A stretch of 64,000 nucleotides of DNA from an uncultured Elusimicrobia bacterium (GTDB lineage Bacteria > Elusimicrobiota > Elusimicrobia > 2-01-FULL-59-12). The notes under the pieces were generated by a model that worked only from the letters and a program-made list of their open reading frames with translations, ran no database searches and was not told where the DNA came from. Location of the stretch: NCBI GenBank assembly GCA_963702895.1, contig OY969767.1:32001-96000 (forward strand), given 5' to 3'. The position numbers and the translations under genes are program-made. Numbering within the stretch: position 1 is the first letter of the stretch; every line of letters begins with the position of its first letter. Of this stretch, positions 14,601-29,600 are shown one piece after another.

Positions 14601-17600
14601 CCTCCGGCCTTATTGACGCGCGCGGTAATCGTTGAGGATCCGAGGCTCAGCGTGAAATTCGCAGACGGCGTGAAGACGGGGTAGGTCGAACCGCCTGCGT
14701 TGCCCGTCATTTGTACAGAGGGATTTTCCGCATCGTAGATCCGATTGTAGAAGCGGTCGGCGCCGATGACCGTGACGGGGAAGTTTTCCCCGGCCACAGG
14801 GATCGCGTGCCCAAGAGCGGCGGTGAAATCGACAGATCCTTGTTTTCCGTTGCCAGCCGTGTTCCCTGGGTCATAGGTTTGACCTGGCATCAGGACCAGG
14901 AGACGATGAGTGTGGAGGCCGCCGGTATAGGTGTCAGGACCGACCACCACGGGGCCGGCTGTGGCCGGTGCCGCGAGCGGCCCGCCCACGGTTGATACGG
15001 CAACGTTCCAACCCGTTGTGTCCGCCCGCTGGAAGGGATGATTGAAGGTGACGGAGTAATTGCCCGCCCCAGCGGAGATCCACTTGGAATTGTCCGGGTC
15101 CGTTGGATCATAGGGGTCGGTCGTCGTGAGGGAGAGGTTCGTGGTCTGGCCACTGTTGCCGACCGCGTTATACCAGTTGTCGGTGAGGCGAACGGTGATG
15201 TTATAGTTTTCTCCCGCGACCGCGGGTGTAATCGAGCCCGATTTCCCTCCCACGGCGGCATTGCCCGGGATGGCGCCTTCCCCTGGCAAGAGGATCTGAA
15301 GTTTACTGGGTGGAGTGGCCGCCTGCATCAGGAAATCAGGAGACTGATCTCCCGCCAAGGTCCAGGTCGAAACAAAATGATGGGTGATGGCAGCCGCGGA
15401 AACGTCCTGGGCAGTGACGAGAGTGGCTGTGAAGGTGGTGGTGCCAGCACTGAGAGCTTTCGAAAGGGCTGCCGTGTTGTTGGGCGTGCCATAAGCATCA
15501 TCACTCGTGAGGTAAACGACGCCATTGGTCGAAATGATATTGAAGAAGTCGTCTGTGGCATTGACCGTCACCGAAAGTGAGGTCCCCGCTGTGACAGGAT
15601 TTCCATTGTTGGGTTGACCCGACTTCCCAGGGGGGCTTGCGGAGACATTTCCGGCCTCAGCGGTTTCGCCTGTGACGAGGAGTTGCAGGCGCGAAAGGGT
15701 GGCTGGGCTGACCGTGAAGAAGGCTGAGACCGTGGAGCCATAAACCGTGTCGGGATCGGAGGCCTGCAACCTGTGCGAAAGCGCTGGTCCTGCGGTGTTG
15801 AGCGTGACGGTTGAATTAAAGAGGGCCCTGAAGCCTGTGCTCCCAGGATTGCTCATTTGCTTGCTCGAGGGCATGACCGCGTACTGATCGAGCGGGAGCG
15901 AAGCCGCCGTGAGCTGGACGTATGGTAGCGCGGGACCCGATTTGATCTGGTTAAAGTAATCGTCTACGAGTCGGACTTCGACCTGGGAGATGGCCGTGCC
16001 TGCCGTCTGCGGGTTGGGCGTGCCTGTTTTTCCCGGGCCAGCCGCATAGGCACTCGAGCCCGGTGTGGGTGTTTCACCCGGCAGGAGGACCTGGTAGTGG
16101 AGGATGCCTCCGAGATTCGGGCTCACCACGATATTGGAAATGGTTTGTGAGCTGACCGTGGTGCTGTCCACATCCACGACGGTGAAGTTCCAGGTCGTTG
16201 TAGCGGTATAGGGAATCAAGGCGGCGAAAGCTTTCTGCCCCTGGTTCATGGAGCTGGTGCTGTTGCCTGTGGCGTAAAGATCGTTCGACTGGAGATAGAC
16301 CTGGTCGTTGACGTTGGCGCTGTAGAGAGGCCCTTGGCCGCGGTTTCGGTTCCAATAGTGATCGGTCGCATGGACCGTGACAGGGAACGCGACGCCCGCG
16401 GTCGCGGAACCAGGCGCGCCGCTGTTGGTCTTGCCGCTTCCGGCCGGCGAGGTCCCTTCGTCATAAGTCTGGTTGGCCGTCATCACGCGCAGCTTTGTCA
16501 CAGGACCGGGCCACACAGGGACATACGTTGAAATGTCCGTGATGTACTCGCCGATGATCTGATCGGTTGCCGTGATGACCCAACCTCGTTGGTTGCGATT
16601 GGGATGATCGTTGGGAGAGAAGGTATTGTTTTGCGTGTGGAACGTGATGGTCGCAATCGCAACGCCATTGACCAAACCCACCGACGCAGCGCCCGAAACA
16701 TTCGGGTCATTGACCGTCACGTCCACGGTTGGCATCACAAGGCTCCCCGTGATCAGGTTATAGAAGCGGTCTACCAGGCGCACCGTCATGGTGCTGCCCA
16801 GCCCTGCAAATTGCCCAAGCGGGCTCCCGGATTTGCCGCCATTCGTGATCCCGTAGGGCGGCAGGCCCGCTACAGCGGCTTCCCCTTGCAGAATTAGCTG
16901 GAGGCGCTGCGTGTTGGCGCTGGCCGTATCCGGGTTCACGGAGAAGGAGGTGGAGACATAGCTTGGGTTCGTCATGGCGGAAGTCGATTGCACGACTTGG
17001 GAGCCGGCTGTGACAGGTACGAACGCAAAGAGGGTGGTGCCGGAGACGAGGGTCTGGGAAGAAGGCTTCGCCGCGTAGGTGTCATTGGCAAGGAATGCCC
17101 AAATCTTGTCCGTGTTGTCGCTCGTGTCGGTGTTGAAGTACGTGTCGACGCCATAGACCGTGGCCGTCAAGGTCTCGCCCGCGAGCATAGCGTTCGGTGT
17201 GCCTGCTTTGCCTGTCGGGGAACCAGGCACATAAGTCTGGCCGGGCAGAACCACGAGCATCCGATTGGCGGCGCCCGCGTTAATCGTGATATTGGTCGAG
17301 GTGTTGGCCGTCCCCGCTCCTGAGGCTGAGAAGGTCTGGACACCTGAGGTCACCAGGGCATGTGCGAAATTCGTTGTCCCAGAGGTCAAAGGCCTATTGC
17401 CAGGGGTCGCCGCATAAGGGTCACTCGTGACGACTTGGACCGTGCTGGGGCTGCTGGAAGGCGTGACGTTCCAATATTGGTCAACGGCGTTGACCGTCAC
17501 ATTAAAGGGCGAGCCCGCCGTAAAGTTGAGCGGCACGGTATTCTTGCCGGCCGGCGCCGTCATTTTGCCGCCTGCATTGCTTTCTCCCTGGATGAGGACT

Positions 17601-20600
17601 TGCAGGCCGACGGTGGTGTTCGGGATCACGTTGATGCCCGATTGAACTGCGGGAGACACCGCGGGTCCTGCGACCGCTTGAACGGTGAGAGACCGGTTGT
17701 TGGCCGCTTTGACGGGGACAAGGCCTCCGCTAAAGACATGAACACCCAGGTCGGCCGCCGTAAACGCGTAATTGGCTGGCAATCCATTGCCCGAGCTTTC
17801 AGGCCCCGCCCCCCCATCCATCAGGAAGCCCACGGTTCCCGTATAGGTGACGGCGACGTTGCCGCCATTATCAAGGGCCGTGACCGTAATATCTCGTGAA
17901 GTGCCAGCCGTGATGGCGGTGGTGGTGGTCACGCTGATCTGCAACTGAGAAGCCGGCAGTGTGACGATAAAGCTGTTTCCATTGCCCGTGCTGCCGACCG
18001 TTTCAATGTTCCCCGCGCGGTCCAGGGCGCGAGCTTTGGCCCAATAGCGCTTACCGGAAATCCAGATGCTCGCGGTCCCATAGTTCCAGTTCGCGGCACC
18101 GGAGGCGTCAAACCAAAATTCGGAAGTGCTCGAGAAGGAAGAATTATTGACCGCCGTGAAACTGGAGGGATCAAAGAAATAATCTTCAGGGCCCGCGGTC
18201 TGGCTTGTGGGCGCGTTATCCAGGCGCAAGGAAATCTGGACTTTGTTCAGGCCCGCGGGTCCCACATCCGAGGCGGTTCCCGCGACGTTCGTCGGGTTTT
18301 GCTGCACATCCCCGTCCACCGGGAAGGTGACGGTCGAAATCGGAGTATCGGTGTCGAATACAAAGGTGGAGGTTGTGGAGACCACATCGGTATTGCCTGC
18401 GATATCTTTCGCCAAAGCGTGGATTCGATACGAAGCGCCATTGATGAGGCTGCCGGCGTTAAGCCCTGAGGCCCAGTAAGACCAGGGCGCCGTGCTCGTC
18501 GCCAAGAGCATATACTCCGTGGCCGCGCTGAAGATTGATCCGTTAAAGTAATTCGTGTTGCCGCCTGAGATTTCAGCGATGGACAGTTTGACGTTGGCAA
18601 CGCTCGAAGGGAATAAATTCGGGTCATTGGAACTTCCGGTGATATTGGTCAAGGGCTGCGTCACCGAGTAAGCGTTCCCGGTGACGGGCTGCGTGATGGT
18701 CGTGGTGGGCGAAGTCGAATCGACTGTAAAGGAGATGGTGCTGTAGGCGACTTCCACATTACCCGCGTTGTCGGTCGCCCTGGCTTCCACATGGTACTTG
18801 TCATCACCAAAGTAGCTGACCAGAAGTGTCCCGGTCTGGCTCCAGGTGTAGTTGGGCAACACTCCAGGTGTCACGGTGGTGGCAAGCGGGAAACCTTCGG
18901 CTGTTCCTGAATTATCAAAGAGGCCCGAAATCGGGTTCAGATAAAGCCCATCGGAAAAGCGGCCAATGCGCACTTTGACGCTGGAAATCCCGGAACCGTT
19001 GGCGCTTGTATCAAACGCCGCGCCTGCCAGGGAAGTGATTCCGGCGCTCAGGATCGTGCCATCAGCAGGCGAAGTCACGGTGGACGTGGGTGTCGTCGCG
19101 TCCACATTGAAGCGAACGCCCCCCGCGATGAAACTCGGATCGGCGGGGATGTTGCTGGCCTTGTCGACACCACGTACGAAGAGCCGGTAGTAAGCATTCG
19201 AGCTGAAGGCGCCGCTGAGGCTTGTGTAGGACCAGGTGCCGGAGGAGGCGCCCGTAAAGTTCGCGGCCTGCCAAGGGTTGCACGAGCTGGAGCAGTCTCC
19301 CGTCCAGGCACTGCCATTCCAGTAGCGGTTCAGAGCGTCTGTCACCGCGATATCCATCCCTGAAATCCCTGATCCGGAGACCGTGTCATCAGCCGTTCCC
19401 GTAAAGCTGGAGACGGTTCGGTAATAGCCGCCGTTGGTGGGCACGGTAATGGTGGAAGCCACATTGACATTGTCAAAGAGAATCGTGACACCGACCCCGG
19501 CGGGGATATTGGCCGCAAGCGCCCCAAACTCCGCGTTTTCAGCAAGGTCTGTGGCCCGCGTCACGAAGCGGTAACTCTGGCCGCTGACGAGGGCACTCTG
19601 CAGGCCGCCCGGAACGCTCACCGTCCAGGTGTTCGGCGATGTTGTGGTGGTGTTGGTCACCGTGAAATAGGAATAGGTCGGGTCCGTTCCATTAAAGTTC
19701 GTTCCATTCCACCAGTTCGAAGAAATCGCTTTGATGCCCAACTGTATGCTTGAGGTGGAGATGCCAGCGGGGTAGTTGTAGATGCTTCCGGGGCTATCCG
19801 TTGCTGTTCCGGAGACGTTCGTGAGCGTCCTAAAGTAATTGCCGCTGGGCGACGTAATGGCCGAAGTGGGTTTCTGGACGTCATAGACAAAATTGACGGA
19901 AGCGTTGCCTGGATTCAGGGCGTTATCCGTAGCCGTCACGCTGAGTTGATAGAGGTGGTCGTTCACAAAGCTGATGCCGGCTCTGTCAAAGGACCAGGTG
20001 GCGGGTGATCCTCCGGCGGGTGAGGAGGTGTAGAGGTTAAAGGCGCCGGTGACGTCCTGCAGAGTGAGTGTGACGGTGGAAACCCCGGTGGGGTTGGAAC
20101 CTGGATCGGAGGAGGTGCCGGCGAAGGGCGTGGATAAGAGGACCTGGGAATAGAAGCCATTATTGGTCGGCTGGGTAATCGAGACGGTCGGCACCTGGGT
20201 GTCATAGGTGAAAGTGGTGACCTGGGTGGCGTAGCTGTTGCCGGCGAGGTCCGCGAACTGGGCGCGCAGGTAATAGATATTGCCGGAGGTAAGAGCCCCT
20301 GCCGGGATGGTGTAGAACCAGTTCGTGGCGGTGGTGGTGGTGATCCAGGTTTGGACGGTGGGTGCGGACCAGGCGGAACCCGTCCAGTAGGACTTGGCGG
20401 CGCCAAGGCCCGTGGAGATTTCGACTTGCAGGGTGTTTAAGCCAGCCAAGTCATCGGAGGCTGAGCCATACATGCCGATGGTGCTGCTCGAGAGGTTGGC
20501 GTTGGCGTAAGGGTAAGTGATGGCGCCGGTGGGACTCACGTCATCGAGTTTAAAGGAGGCGATATCGGTGCCGATGGAGGCAGGCACCGAGAGGTTGCCG

Positions 20601-23600
20601 GGGGTGGCGCCGCCGGCCGAGAGGGCGTTATCTTCGCCGCGGACTTCCATTTTAATGAGGCGGCTCGTTCCTATGGCGGGCCAGCTGATATCAAAGGGAT
20701 ATGTCCAGGCGCCGGATCCGGAGGTGCGGGTGCGCCAAGCGGTGTCAGCGGTGACGGTGTACGAGGAGAAGACGGCGCCGTCGTAGTAATAGGTGTCAGG
20801 CGCCAGGAGGTACGAGAGGCGGATTTGGTAGTTCTTGACGCCGGAGGCGAGTGACAAAGGATCGGTGATCGTTCCTGCCAAGAGGGAGCCGGTGGCGGTC
20901 TTGCCGATATTGGCTCTTTGATAAGAGGGAGTGCCCGCGGGATTGGGGACGGTGATCGCGATGTTGGGGGCGGCGGTATCAATGATGACCTGGATGGAAG
21001 AGACGTCGACCGTAAAGACGCTCTGGGAAAGTCCCGAAGGAGCAAAAGCTTTCGCGACGAGGAGGTATTTCTGATTGCCGAGGAGCTTGCCGGCGAGACC
21101 CGCTGGGGCGAAGGACCAGGAGACGGGGTTCGTGGTGGCGGTGGAGGTCACGCTGATGAAGTTGGGGACGGCTTGCGGGCCAACGGTGAAGTTGTAAGAG
21201 CCGTCCATCCAGAGACCGTTGCTGAGACTTTGGATGGCGACTTGGACATTGGAGATGCCGACGTCGCCGGTGGCGGTGCCGGAGGTGATCGACAAAGAGG
21301 TCACGCCGGAGGTGGAGGCCAGGACCGGCATCGTGATGACGGCGGTGGGTGCGGCGGTGTCATAGATGACGGTGATGCCGGCGCCTGCTGGGATATTGGC
21401 GGCGGAGAGACCGAATTCGGTATTGCCGGCGATGTCGGTGGAGCGGCTGATGATGAAGTAGGTGGAGCCCGAGAGCAGTGCCGACTGCAGAGCCGCTGGG
21501 AGGTTGTAGGACCAGGTACCACTAGAAGCCCCTATATAGGAAGCCGTGGAGTAGACAGGGTTGGCGGCGGCAAAAGAAGCGTTGTTCCACCAGGATCCGC
21601 CGACAAGCTGTACGGCGACGGAAACGCTCGAACTATAGATGCCGGAAGGATAGGTGGGTGAACCGATCTGGTCACTCGCGCGGCCTGTGACTTGAGTCCA
21701 AGAGGTGATGTAGCCGGCGGCCGGGGAGGTGATGGCCGAAGTAGGTTTCTGGACGTCATAGACGAAGTTGAGAGCGGCGTTATTCGAATTCTGGGCGTTA
21801 TCGGTGGCGGTGACCGAGAGTTGATAGAGGTGGTCGTTCACAAAGCTGATGCCGGCTCTGTCAAAGGACCAGGTGGCGGGTGATCCTCCGGCGGGTGAGG
21901 AGGTGTAGAGGTTAAAGGCGCCGGTGACGTCCTGCAGAGTGAGTGTGACGGTGGAAACCCCGGTGGGGTTGGAACCTGGATCGGAGGAGGTGCCGGCGAA
22001 GGGCGTGGATAAGAGGACCTGGGAATAGAAGCCATTATTGGTCGGCTGGGTAATCGAGACGGTCGGCACCTGGGTGTCATAGGTGAAAGTGGTGACCTGG
22101 GTGGCGTAGCTGTTGCCGGCGAGGTCCGCGAACTGGGCGCGCAGGTAATAGATATTGCCGGAGGTAAGAGCCCCTGCCGGGATGGTGTAGAACCAGTTCG
22201 TGGCGGTGGTGGTGGTGATCCAGGTTTGGACGGTGGGTGCGGACCAGGCGGAACCCGTCCAGTAGGACTTGGCGGCGCCAAGGCCCGTGGAGATTTCGAC
22301 TTGCAGGGTGTTTAAGCCAGCCAAGTCATCGGAGGCTGAGCCATACATGCCGATGGTGCTGCTCGAGAGGTTGGCGTTGGCGTAAGGGTAAGTGATGGCG
22401 CCGGTGGGACTCACGTCATCGAGTTTAAAGGAGGCGATATCGGTGCCGATGGAGGCAGGCACCGAGAGGTTGCCGGGGGTGGCGCCGCCGGCCGAGAGGG
22501 CGTTATCTTCGCCGCGGACTTCCATTTTAATGAGGCGGCTCGTTCCTATGGCGGGCCAGCTGATATCAAAGGGATATGTCCAGGCGCCGGATCCGGAGGT
22601 GCGGGTGCGCCAAGCGGTGTCAGCGGTGACGGTGTACGAGGAGAAGACGGCGCCGTCGTAGTAATAGGTGTCAGGCGCCAGGAGGTACGAGAGGCGGATT
22701 TGGTAGTTCTTGACGCCGGAGGCGAGTGACAAAGGATCGGTGATCGTTCCTGCCAAGAGGGAGCCGGTGGCGGTCTTGCCGATATTGGCTCTTTGATAAG
22801 AGGGAGTGCCCGCGGGATTGGGGACGGTGATCGCGATGTTGGGGGCGGCGGTATCAATGATGACCTGGATGGAAGAGACGTCGACCGTAAAGACGCTCTG
22901 GGAAAGTCCCGAAGGAGCAAAAGCTTTCGCGACGAGGAGGTATTTCTGATTGCCGAGGAGCTTGCCGGCGAGACCCGCTGGGGCGAAAGACCAGGAGGCG
23001 GGGTTGCCTGGCGCGGTGGAGGTCACGCTGATGAAGTTCGGGCTGGCTTGAGGGCCGACCGTGAAGTTGTAAGAGGCGTCCATCCAGAGGCCATTGGCGA
23101 TATTTTGGATGGCGACTTGGACGTTGGAGATGCCGACGTCGCCGGTGGCGGTGCCGGAGGTGATCGACAAAGAGGTCACGCCGGAGGTGGAGGCCAGGAC
23201 CGGCATCGTGATGACGGCGGTGGGTGCGGCGGTGTCATAGATGACGGTGATGCCGGCGCCTGCTGGGATATTGGCGGCGGAGAGACCGAATTCGGTATTG
23301 CCGGCGATGTCGGTGGAGCGGCTGATGATGAAGTAGGTGGAGCCGCTCAAAAGAGCCGACTGTAGAGCCACCGGCAAGTTGTAGGACCAGGTGCCGGAGG
23401 AAGCGCCTATATAGGAAGCGGTGGAGTAGACAGGATTGGCGGCGGCAAAGGAAGCGCCGTTCCACCAGGAGCCGCCGAAGAGCTGGACAGCCACCGAGAC
23501 GCTGGAGCTGTAGATGCCGGACGGATAGGTGGGCGAGCCGGTTTGGTCTGAGGCGCGGCCGGTGACTTGGGTCCAGGAGGTGACGTAGCCGGCGGCCGGG

Positions 23601-26600
23601 GAGGTGATGGCCGAAGTGGGTTTCTGGACGTCATAGACGAAGTTGACCGAAGCGTTGCCTGGATTGAGGGCGTTATCGGTGGCCACCGCGGTGAGTTGAT
23701 AGAGGTGGTCATTGATGAAGCTGATGCCGGCTCGGTTAAAGGACCAGGAGGCCGGCGAGCCGCCGGCGGCAGAGGAGGTGTAGAGGTTAAAGGCGCCGGT
23801 GACGTCCTGCAAGGTGATGGTGACGGTGGACACCCCCGTGGGATTAGATCCCGGATCGGTGGAAGTGCCGGCGAAGGGTGTCGAGACCAGGACTTGGGAA
23901 TAGAAGCCGTTCGAGGTCGGCTGCGTAATCGATACGGTCGGCGCCTGGGTGTCGTAGGTGAAGGTGGTGATTTGGGTGGCAAAAGAGTTACCGGCCAGGT
24001 CCGCGAACTGGGCGCGGAGGTAATAGATATTGCCGCTGGTGAGGGCGCCTGCCGGGATGGTGTAGAACCAGTTGGCGGCGGTGGTGGTGGTGATCCAGGC
24101 TTGGGCGCCAGGGGCCGACCAAGCCGATCCAGTCCAGTAGGATTTGGAGCCTGCGAGGCCGGTGGAGATTTCGACTTGGAGGGTATTCAAGCCCGCTAAG
24201 TCATCGGAAGCGGAACCATACATGCCGATGGTGGCGCTGGAGAGGTTCGCGCTCGCGTAAGGATAGGTAATGGCGCCGGCGGGAGCGACGTCATCGAGTT
24301 TAAAGAACGTGATATCGGTGCCGGTGGAGGTGGGGACCGAGAGGTTGCCGGGGGTGGCGCCGCCGGCCGAGAGGGCGTTATCTTCGCCGCGGACTTCCAT
24401 TTTGACGAGGCGGCTCGTTCCTATGGCGGGCCAGCTGATATCAAAGGGATATGTCCAGGCGCCGGATCCGGAGGTGCGGGTGCGCCAAGCGGTGTCAGCG
24501 GTGACGGTGTACGAGGAGAAGACGGCGCCGTCGTAGTAATAGGTGTCAGGCGCCAGGAGGTACGAGAGGCGGATTTGGTAGTTCTTGACGCCGGAGGCGA
24601 GTGACAAAGGATCGGTGATCGTTCCTGCCAAGAGGGAGCCGGTGGCGGTCTTGCCGATATTGGCTCTTTGATAAGAGGGCGTACCCACCGGGTTGGGAAC
24701 GGTGATGGCGACATTCGGTGCGGCGGTATCAATGATGACCTGGATGGAAGAGACGTCGACCGTAAAGACGCTCTGGGAAAGTCCCGAAGGAGCAAAAGCT
24801 TTCGCGACGAGGAGGTATTTCTGATTGCCGAGGAGCTTGCCGGCGAGACCCGCTGGGGCGAAAGACCAGGAGGCGGGGTTGCCTGGCGCGGTGGAGGTCA
24901 CGCTGATGAAGTTCGGGCTGGCTTGAGGGCCGACCGTGAAGTTGTAAGAGGCGTCCATCCAGAGGCCATTGGCGATATTTTGGATGGCGACTTGGACGTT
25001 GGAGATACCCACATCCCCGGATGCGGTACCGGAGGCAATCGAGAGGCTCATGACGCCGGAGGTGGAGGCGAGCACCGGCATCGTGATGACGGCGGTGGGG
25101 GCGGCGGTGTCATAGATGACGGTGATGCCGGCGCCTGCTGGGATATTGGCGGCGGAGAGACCGAATTCGGTATTGCCGGCGATGTCGGTGGAGCGGCTGA
25201 TGATGAAGTAGGTGGAGCCCGAGAGCAGTGCCGACTGCAGAGCCGCTGGGAGGTTGTAGGACCAGGTGCCGGAGGAGGCGCCTATATAGGAAGCACTGGA
25301 GTAGACGGGGTTGGCGGCGACGAAGGAAGCGCCGTTCCACCAGGATCCGCCGACAAGCTGTACGGCGACGGAAACGCTCGAACTATAGATGCCGGAAGGA
25401 TAGGTGGGTGAACCGATCTGGTCACTCGCGCGGCCTGTGACTTGAGTCCAAGAGGTGATGTAGCCGGCGGCCGGCGACGTAATGGCCGAAGTAGGTTTCT
25501 GGACGTCATAGACAAAATTGACGGAAGCGTTGCCTGGATTCAGGGCGTTATCCGTAGCCGTCACGCTGAGTTGATAGAGATGGTCGTTGGTAAAGCTAAT
25601 GCCGGGTCGGTCAAAGGACCAAGTGGCGGGCGTGCCGCCGGCGGGCGAGGAGGTGTAGAGGTTAAAGGCGCCGGTGACGTCCTGCAGAGTGAGTGTGACG
25701 GTGGAAACCCCGGTGGGGTTGGAACCCGGATCGGAGGAGGTGCCGGCGAAGGGTGTCGAGACCAGGACCTGGGAATAGAAGCCGTTGTTCGTGGGCTGGG
25801 TGATGGAGACCGTTGGCGCCTGGGTGTCGTAGGTGAAGGAGGTGACTTGTGTGGCAAAGGAGTTGCCGGCGAGATCCGTGAACTGGGCGCGGAGGTAGTA
25901 GATGTTGCCGGAGACGAGGGCGGCGCCGGGGATGGTGTAGAACCAGTTGGCGGCGGTGGTGGTGGTGATCCAGGTCTGGGAGGTTGGGGCGGTCCAGGTG
26001 GATCCGGACCAGTAGGACTTGGCGGCGGCCAGACCCGTGGATATTTCGACCTGGCTGAGGGTGATGCCCGAGAGATCATCGGAGGAGGATCCGAACATGC
26101 CGACGGTGGCGCTGGAGATGGTGGCGTTGGCATGGGGATAGGTGATGGCGCCCGCGGGCGGGTTGATGTCGACGTTGAAGCTGACACTGATCGGGGCGCT
26201 GACATTGCCGCCACCCGTGCCGTCGCCGAGCGAGGCATTGTCCACGCTGCGTGCCTGGAAGGTCATCACGTGGCTCGCGTCGGTGGGCCAGACGATGTCT
26301 TTGGTGTAGAGCCAGCCCGAACCAGCGCCAAACCACGCGCTCGTCGCAGTGACCGTGAAGGAAGAGAACTGATTGGCGTTCCCGTCCCAGTAATAGGTGT
26401 CATTGGCCAGGAGGTAGGACAATTGGATCTCGACATGATGAACGCCGGACGCGTAGAGCCCGGCATCCGAAGTGGTCCCATGGAAGCGTGACACCGTGCC
26501 GGATTGCCCGATATTATCCGGCTGATAGGACGCTCCTGCCGTGGGAGGGGCGATCAGGGCCAGGGTCGGCGCCGCTTTATCGACGGTGATGATGTACGAA

Positions 26601-29600
26601 GAGCTGTTCACCGTAAAGGTGGACTGGCTGTTGCCGGCCACATCGACGGCCTGTGTGACGAGAGTGTATTTCCGGTTGTTCTGGAATTTCACGTCCAGGT
26701 TGGCCGGTGCGTACGTCCAGGCGGTGGCGTTTGAGGAGGTGGTGGTCGCGATAAAGTAGGGGGTGCTCTGGAGGACATTGAATCCGGAACCATCAAACCA
26801 GGACTCATCCGTATGGCTGTAGATCGCCAGGTTCACGATGTTGTTGACATTGTTGTCGACGGCGGCTCCCGAGAGGCTTGGAAGCGACTTGATCCCCGCG
26901 AGCCCGGCAGCCGGGATCGTCAGTGTGGCCGTCGGGATGACAATGTCGAAGGTAAATGCCGCGTGCGCCAGATCCAGGGAGTTCCCGGCTTTGTCCACCA
27001 TGATCTGATGGGCCACATAGGACCTGTTGTTCTCCCAGGCCCCCGTGCCTGTGTCGATCTGGAAATAGGTGGTCGTGTAGCTCCAGATGCCTCCATTGAG
27101 CGTGGCGGGCAGGTCCGTCACAACGGCGGCGAGCGCGGTGAAAGTCGAGCTTTGCCAGTTCCAATATTTGCTTCCATCCTCAGCCCGCGCGACACGGAAA
27201 TAAGTCTGCGTCATCAGGCCGGGCGAAACATCTGTGGCCGTGCCGGAGAGTGTGGGGAGGCTGTTGAGGTAGAGCCTGCTGTCGGGAGCGGTCATCACGC
27301 CCGAGGGGGGCGTGTCGTCGATGACAAAAATGACGGACTGCGGAGAAGCCTCCACGGTTCCGTTCAACAGGTCTCTGGCCAGGGTGTAAAGCACATAGTT
27401 GTGATTGGTCGACCACTTCACTTGCGGAATGCTGAGCTGCCAGGTCCCCCCGGAGAAGCTCGTGACGCCGACATACCCGTTAAAAGTGTGAGTCGACACG
27501 AAGTCGGCGCCGTTCCATACTTGATCGTCATCGCCGGAGCCGCAGGTGATGTCCACGCCGCAATCGACGAGTTGCGCCTGAACCGTCGTGGCGTTGGCGG
27601 CGGTCCCCTGCAGAAGGATGATGTTGGAGCGCAGATGCGGGTTCGTTCCGTCCGGGGAGATGATCACGCTCGACGGAGGCGGGCTCTGGAGGGTGACCTG
27701 AACATAGGACGTGTTAAAGAGCGGGGAACCTGGCTTGGGGGCGCCATTGGCGGCCAGGTCCACGGCTTTGGCGAAGATGTTGTAGGTAATCCCGGTAATG
27801 CTCGTCGCCCAGGTGGGCGTGGAGCTTCCCGTGGCGGTCCACGCTCCCGTGACGGAGTCTACCGATGTGGCGTTCAGAAAAACCTCACTCGCTGAGTCGA
27901 AAGCCCCCGAAACGGGGCTCCAATAGAAGCCGGTGTCGTTTCGCTGATAGGAGAGCTGAACCGTGTTGATGATCCCGGGCGCGACATCGGTGGCGTTTCC
28001 TGTGAGCGTGTTGAGGATGAACAGGGGCGTGCTGCTGGGCGTTGTAATCGTCCCTGAAGGCGCGGTAAAGTCCGCCGTGAAGGTGGACGTGGAATAGGCC
28101 ACCTGGCTGTTGCCGGCTTTGTCCGTCGCGTAGGCTTCCGCGGAGAAGGTCACGTTCGTCAGCCACAGCGACTGAGGCAGAGTCCAGAACGTTGTGGAGG
28201 GGGTCAGGCTCGCGCTCTGCCAGGTGTTGGCCGTGGCGGTCCACGATGAGCCGGTCCAGAACGAGCTGAAGGAATCGGTGCTGATGCGGACCTTGACGCT
28301 GGCAATGCCGCTCGGGACATGGCCGGGAGCGACCAGGGCATCGGTCGAAGTTCCCATCACGTAGCCCGTCTGGCTCACATAACCACCGGCGGTCGGGTAC
28401 GTGATGGCGGCGGTCGGCGTGGAGAGGTCCATGATGAAGCTGATCGTGCTGTAGGCCACTTCGATGTTCCCCGCGAAATCCGTCGCCTTGGATTCCACAA
28501 AATACTGATAGCCATCCACGAACAACGAATACTGACCGGGCGTCAGCGTCCGGCTCCAGTTGTAATTGGGGAAGACGGCCACGTTGACCGTGGCGGTGAA
28601 GGGGAAGTTCAGCGCGGTTGGCGTGGCGTCGAAGTCCGTGATGAGAGGATTTAAGTACTTGCCGTCGGACCGGCCCACGCGGCACACCACATTGGCGATG
28701 CCGGATCCGCCGGAGCTCATGTCCGTGGCGGTCCCCGCCAGGGCGGGCGCCATCGTGCCAATGTTGGAATTATTCGCGGGCGCTGTCGTCACCGATACGG
28801 GGACGGTGGCGTCGACCGTAAACACGGTACCGCCCGCCGTAAACGTCGGGTTGGCCGGCGTGTTGCCCGCGCGGTCAATCCCGCGAACAAAGACCCTGTA
28901 GGTGGCGTTCGAGCTGAAGGTCCCCGCGTTAAAATCATTGTAAGTCCAGGTGCCGCTGGAGCTTCCCACAAAGGTCGCGTTCTGCCACGGGTTGCAGGCG
29001 CCGCTGCAGTTGCCCGTCCATTCGGTTGCCGTGCCGGCCCAATAGCGATCGATGGTATCAATGAGGGCGATGCTGACGGTGTTCACACCGGATCCGGTGA
29101 GCGTGTCGGTCGCGGTGCCCGTGATGGACGAAACGAGAACATAGGAGTTGTTGTTCGCGGGGAAACTCACGGCAGAATTGGCGGTCGCGCTGTCAAAGAG
29201 GATGGTCAGGCCGACGCCCGCCGGCAGGTCGGAACTCAGCGGTCCAAATTCGGCGTTGCCGGCCGTATCCGTTGATCGCGTGACGAACCGGTAGGTTGTT
29301 CCTGAAATGATCGCGCTCTGCAAAGCGCCGGGGAGCGTATACGTCCAGGTGTTCGGCTGCGGGGTGGTGGTGTTGGTCACGGTGTAATAGACCGGGTCCG
29401 CGGAAGCGGTGAAATTCGCGCCGTTCCACCAGTTGGAGCCCACCTGTTTAAAGGCCAGCTGAACGCTCGATGTCGAAAGGTTCGCGGGGTTGGCGTAGGT
29501 CGTCCCTCCAGGATTGTCGGTTGCCTGCCCGGTCACATCATCGAAATCGGTCATGTACGGAGGGGCAGGGGAGGTGATCGTGCTGGTGGGCTTGGCGACG

